Source: Tubulanus polymorphus
Taxonomy: Eukaryota; Animalia; Nemertea
Direction: 5' to 3'
DNA: 64,000 bases
Assembly (NCBI RefSeq): GCF_964204645.1
Contig: NC_134031.1
Coordinates: 15,611,807-15,675,806, forward strand
In this document: positions 62,601 through 64,000 of the stretch, piece by piece
How positions within the stretch are numbered: the first letter of the stretch is position 1
Layout of the letters: each line of letters opens with the position of its first letter
Made by a program: the position numbers and the translations under genes
The notes under the pieces: model-generated
What the model was told of the DNA's origin: nothing
Databases searched by the model: none
What the model saw: only the letters and a program-made list of their open reading frames with translations

Positions 62601-64000
62601 GTTTATTTAGTTGAATGACTCCCCATATCAAGAATTAATTATTGTAAATGCCTTTGTCGATGCAGAATTTCCGTCTATTAACGTTTCCTCTTCCTCGTTG
62701 TAGTGTCGAGTTATATCTGAGACGGCATTTTTCCCTCCTTTTCTATCGGTGAGGAGAGGAACCCACGATTACCAGCTAGTCATCGTCGTCGCCGTAGTCT
62801 GGGGAATTCATTAACGGAAGTACCTGGGGCGTAAATATGTCAACAATGCTATGCAAACAATGACGTAATCGATTCTTGTAAGCGAAACCGAGAAAGGCTT
62901 CGCGAATGTAAAAAAAAAGCTCTGGCTTTGGGAATATTTGCTATCTTCGGTGATCTGCTTTGCTGAGTAAACGCCAAAATCATCGATTGCTTTCATTTCG
63001 TATCGTGGGTTTTGCCTCGATTGAATTAGACAGTCACTTGCCTATAGAACCAACCATCAAATCTATTTCACATCGATAATACGCAGGCTAATCGAACTGT
63101 AGAACTCGAAGACCGGACGTGAAAGAACTGTAATTAAATTTGCGGTTATTAGATAATCAGTTGTTTCATACAATGTCTATCGCTTCCGGCTTCCGTTCCA
63201 AAGAATAATCGGTACATGATTATGTACACGTGTTTAGGATGCGGTGTGAGAGCCATTGAAAGACATTCCCATAAATTTCTTCTTTTTTTTAGTAATGTAG
63301 CGGATGCGTGCTGACTTCAGAGAACGTCCGACGAACTTCGTCACGACGGCCTTGCCGGTCAAGGTCATTACATAGGCCGTTCGTTTTGTTCTAAAGAACA
63401 TATCAAATATCATCAGTAAAACAGTCAGTATATGCCGTACTGACGTATTTCCTTTCTCAAAATGAATTATGCGACGCACACAAATGCATACAAATCTGTT
63501 GCGTTCAGGACTTAGACTAAACATACATACTTACACACATATATGTATATTCATTTCCATAAATCCAATATGTGGATGTATATGTATGTGGGAGTGTGGG
63601 AATAGAAGGCCGTTTTTAGTACCTGTATTGTTAGAGGTACACGCAATCTTACATAGTGCTTTTTAATAAGACGAATAAAGAATTTGATGAATGAAACTCG
63701 TGTAGGTGCGGCAGTCTATTCGACGTGACCATAAAAGCCATAAGTTTATTTTTTTTAAATCGCTTCCAAATTGATTATTGAGTCTCAAGACTCACACGTG
63801 TTACTTTACGGCGGTATGGAACGTCTGTTAACCGTGCACTGTATGCAGCCAGCAATGCAAGGGGATCCAAGAATTTCAAAAAGGGCGCCATTTCTGCAAA
63901 AGGCAGTACCGGGTATGTTAATACGTTTCAGCAGGGCGCGGTGGCTTCGGACGCCCACCGTGCCTCCTCCTAAATCCCTCTGGTATATAGGATTCGAGTA

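Overview
Intron-rich, AT-rich animal (invertebrate) genomic DNA, not prokaryotic; most ORF-track entries are exon fragments, antisense shadows or repeats. Reading GT-AG junctions by hand gives these genes: a CAP/SCP + EGF-like + ShKT secreted protein (minus, 3220-8169), a 21-exon pappalysin (minus, 13732-26431) with an intronic antisense tRNA-Ser(UGA), a 7-exon peroxisomal urate oxidase ending in SKL (minus, 27305-31300), a 9-exon glycine-receptor-like Cys-loop anion channel (plus, 32783-47348) and a few uncharacterised ORFs. The most unusual items are: (1) two tandem paralogous secreted precursors built from 47-aa KR-delimited repeats with an acidic half and a cationic amphipathic half (47797-51139), a candidate undescribed multi-copy peptide system; (2) dispersed fold-back elements carrying minimal hammerhead-ribozyme cores (CTGANGA..GAAAC), a ~35-nt tail and TSDs, as in Penelope-like elements; (3) a single in-frame TGA at a conserved Trp position in an otherwise intact pappalysin; (4) a 330-bp MITE with tRNA-like terminal inverted repeats and a 9-bp TSD. 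LINE fragments, Harbinger-like MITEs and a minisatellite fill the introns. I found no convincing coding sequence in ~56-64 kb. Coordinates were counted by hand and may be off by a few bases.
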